Origin: a virus
Taxonomy: Duplodnaviria; Caudoviricetes
IMG/VR virus record: IMGVR_UViG_3300049455_000029
Span: 1-41,204 of that record
Length of the DNA: 41,204 bases
Reading direction: 5' to 3' (one strand)
The notes under the pieces were generated by a model. It had not been told where the DNA came from, made no database searches, and worked only from the letters and a program-made list of their open reading frames with translations. Position 1 is the first letter of the stretch. Every line of letters starts with the position of its first letter. The translations under genes and the position numbers were made by a program. Shown in pieces: positions 40,908 to 41,204 of the stretch.

Positions 40908-41172
40908 CTGGAAGCAGCGCCGTCTCAGCGTCCTCGAGCGGGACCGGTGGATCTGCTACCTCTGCGGTGATCCGGCAAGTGAGGTGGACCACAAGCGGGC
41001 CGGGGACGACCATTCCGAGGAGAACCTGGGAGCGACGTGCCCCCCGTGCCACAGGCGCAAGAGTGCAAAAGAAGGATATGAGGCGTCGCTGCTGAGGCGA
41101 GCCCCGCGGCAGCGGCCGGCGGCGCTGCACCCCGGAGTGACGCCGGCTCGACGCGACGGGGGTGGGGGGTGA
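40858..41172 (+). CDS. HNH endonuclease (cos-packaging associated), apparent ACG start
   Basis: SGQWAGSDRRQRLPRDWKQRRLSVLERDRWICYLC..EVDHK..DHSEENLGATCPPCHRRKS; SD GGAGGT just upstream of ACG 40858. Confidence 0.82.
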   Translation, partial: TSGQWAGSDRRQRLPRDWKQRRLSVLERDRWICYLCGDPASEVDHKRAGDDHSEENLGATCPPCHRRKSAKEGYEASLLRRAPRQRPAALHPGVTPARRDGGGG

Positions 41173-41204
41173 CCCCTCGGCGCGTGGGCCTGGCGACCGG
41201 CAGG
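41158..41204. other. Probable cos / genome-end region
   Basis: GGGGGTGGGGGGTGACCCC G-run at the end of the HNH gene; window ends about 30 nt later and restarts just before the HNH/terS genes. Confidence 0.5.

Larger units (their letters stand above)
1..41204. mobile_element. Temperate siphovirus (actinobacteriophage-like) genome or prophage, apparently near complete
   Basis: Canonical order terS-terL-portal-MuF-scaffold-MCP-neck-tail-TMP-lysis-int-repressor-cro-recombination-replication-HNH; dense ATGA/GTGA/TGATG gene overlaps; no host housekeeping genes seen. Confidence 0.95.

Overview
The window looks like an essentially complete ~41.2 kb, GC-rich temperate siphovirus of an actinobacterial host, apparently opened at or near its cos packaging site. 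Left arm (+ strand, 1-19.0 kb): HNH, terS, terL, portal, MuF-like, scaffold, major capsid, neck, tail tube, frameshifted tail chaperones, tape measure, LamG tail-tip proteins, amidase endolysin, and an unusually large set of small membrane genes. Centre (19.2-20.9 kb): arm-less tyrosine integrase, a repressor ending in an ssrA-like tail, and a divergent Cro-like gene. Right arm: BldC-like regulator, RecT/Bet, an initiator with four perfect 18-bp iterons, an SNF2-helicase/methyltransferase fusion, RlpA-like protein, J-domain protein, two glycosyltransferases and a packaging HNH. The most striking feature is at 30.7-37.8 kb. It holds an actinomycete conjugation-type cassette (GntR KorSA-like repressor, small membrane genes, TraB-like FtsK/SpoIIIE translocase, clt-like repeats) without its own Rep/Xis/Int, followed by a Cre-like recombinase with a lox-like site. 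This suggests a phage whose circular genome may also move by cell-to-cell DNA translocation. Other oddities: terL and the packaging HNH both appear to lack canonical start codons (ATC, ACG), and the lysis cassette holds a chain of translationally coupled micro-peptides. All family calls come from motif recognition by eye; no database search was run.
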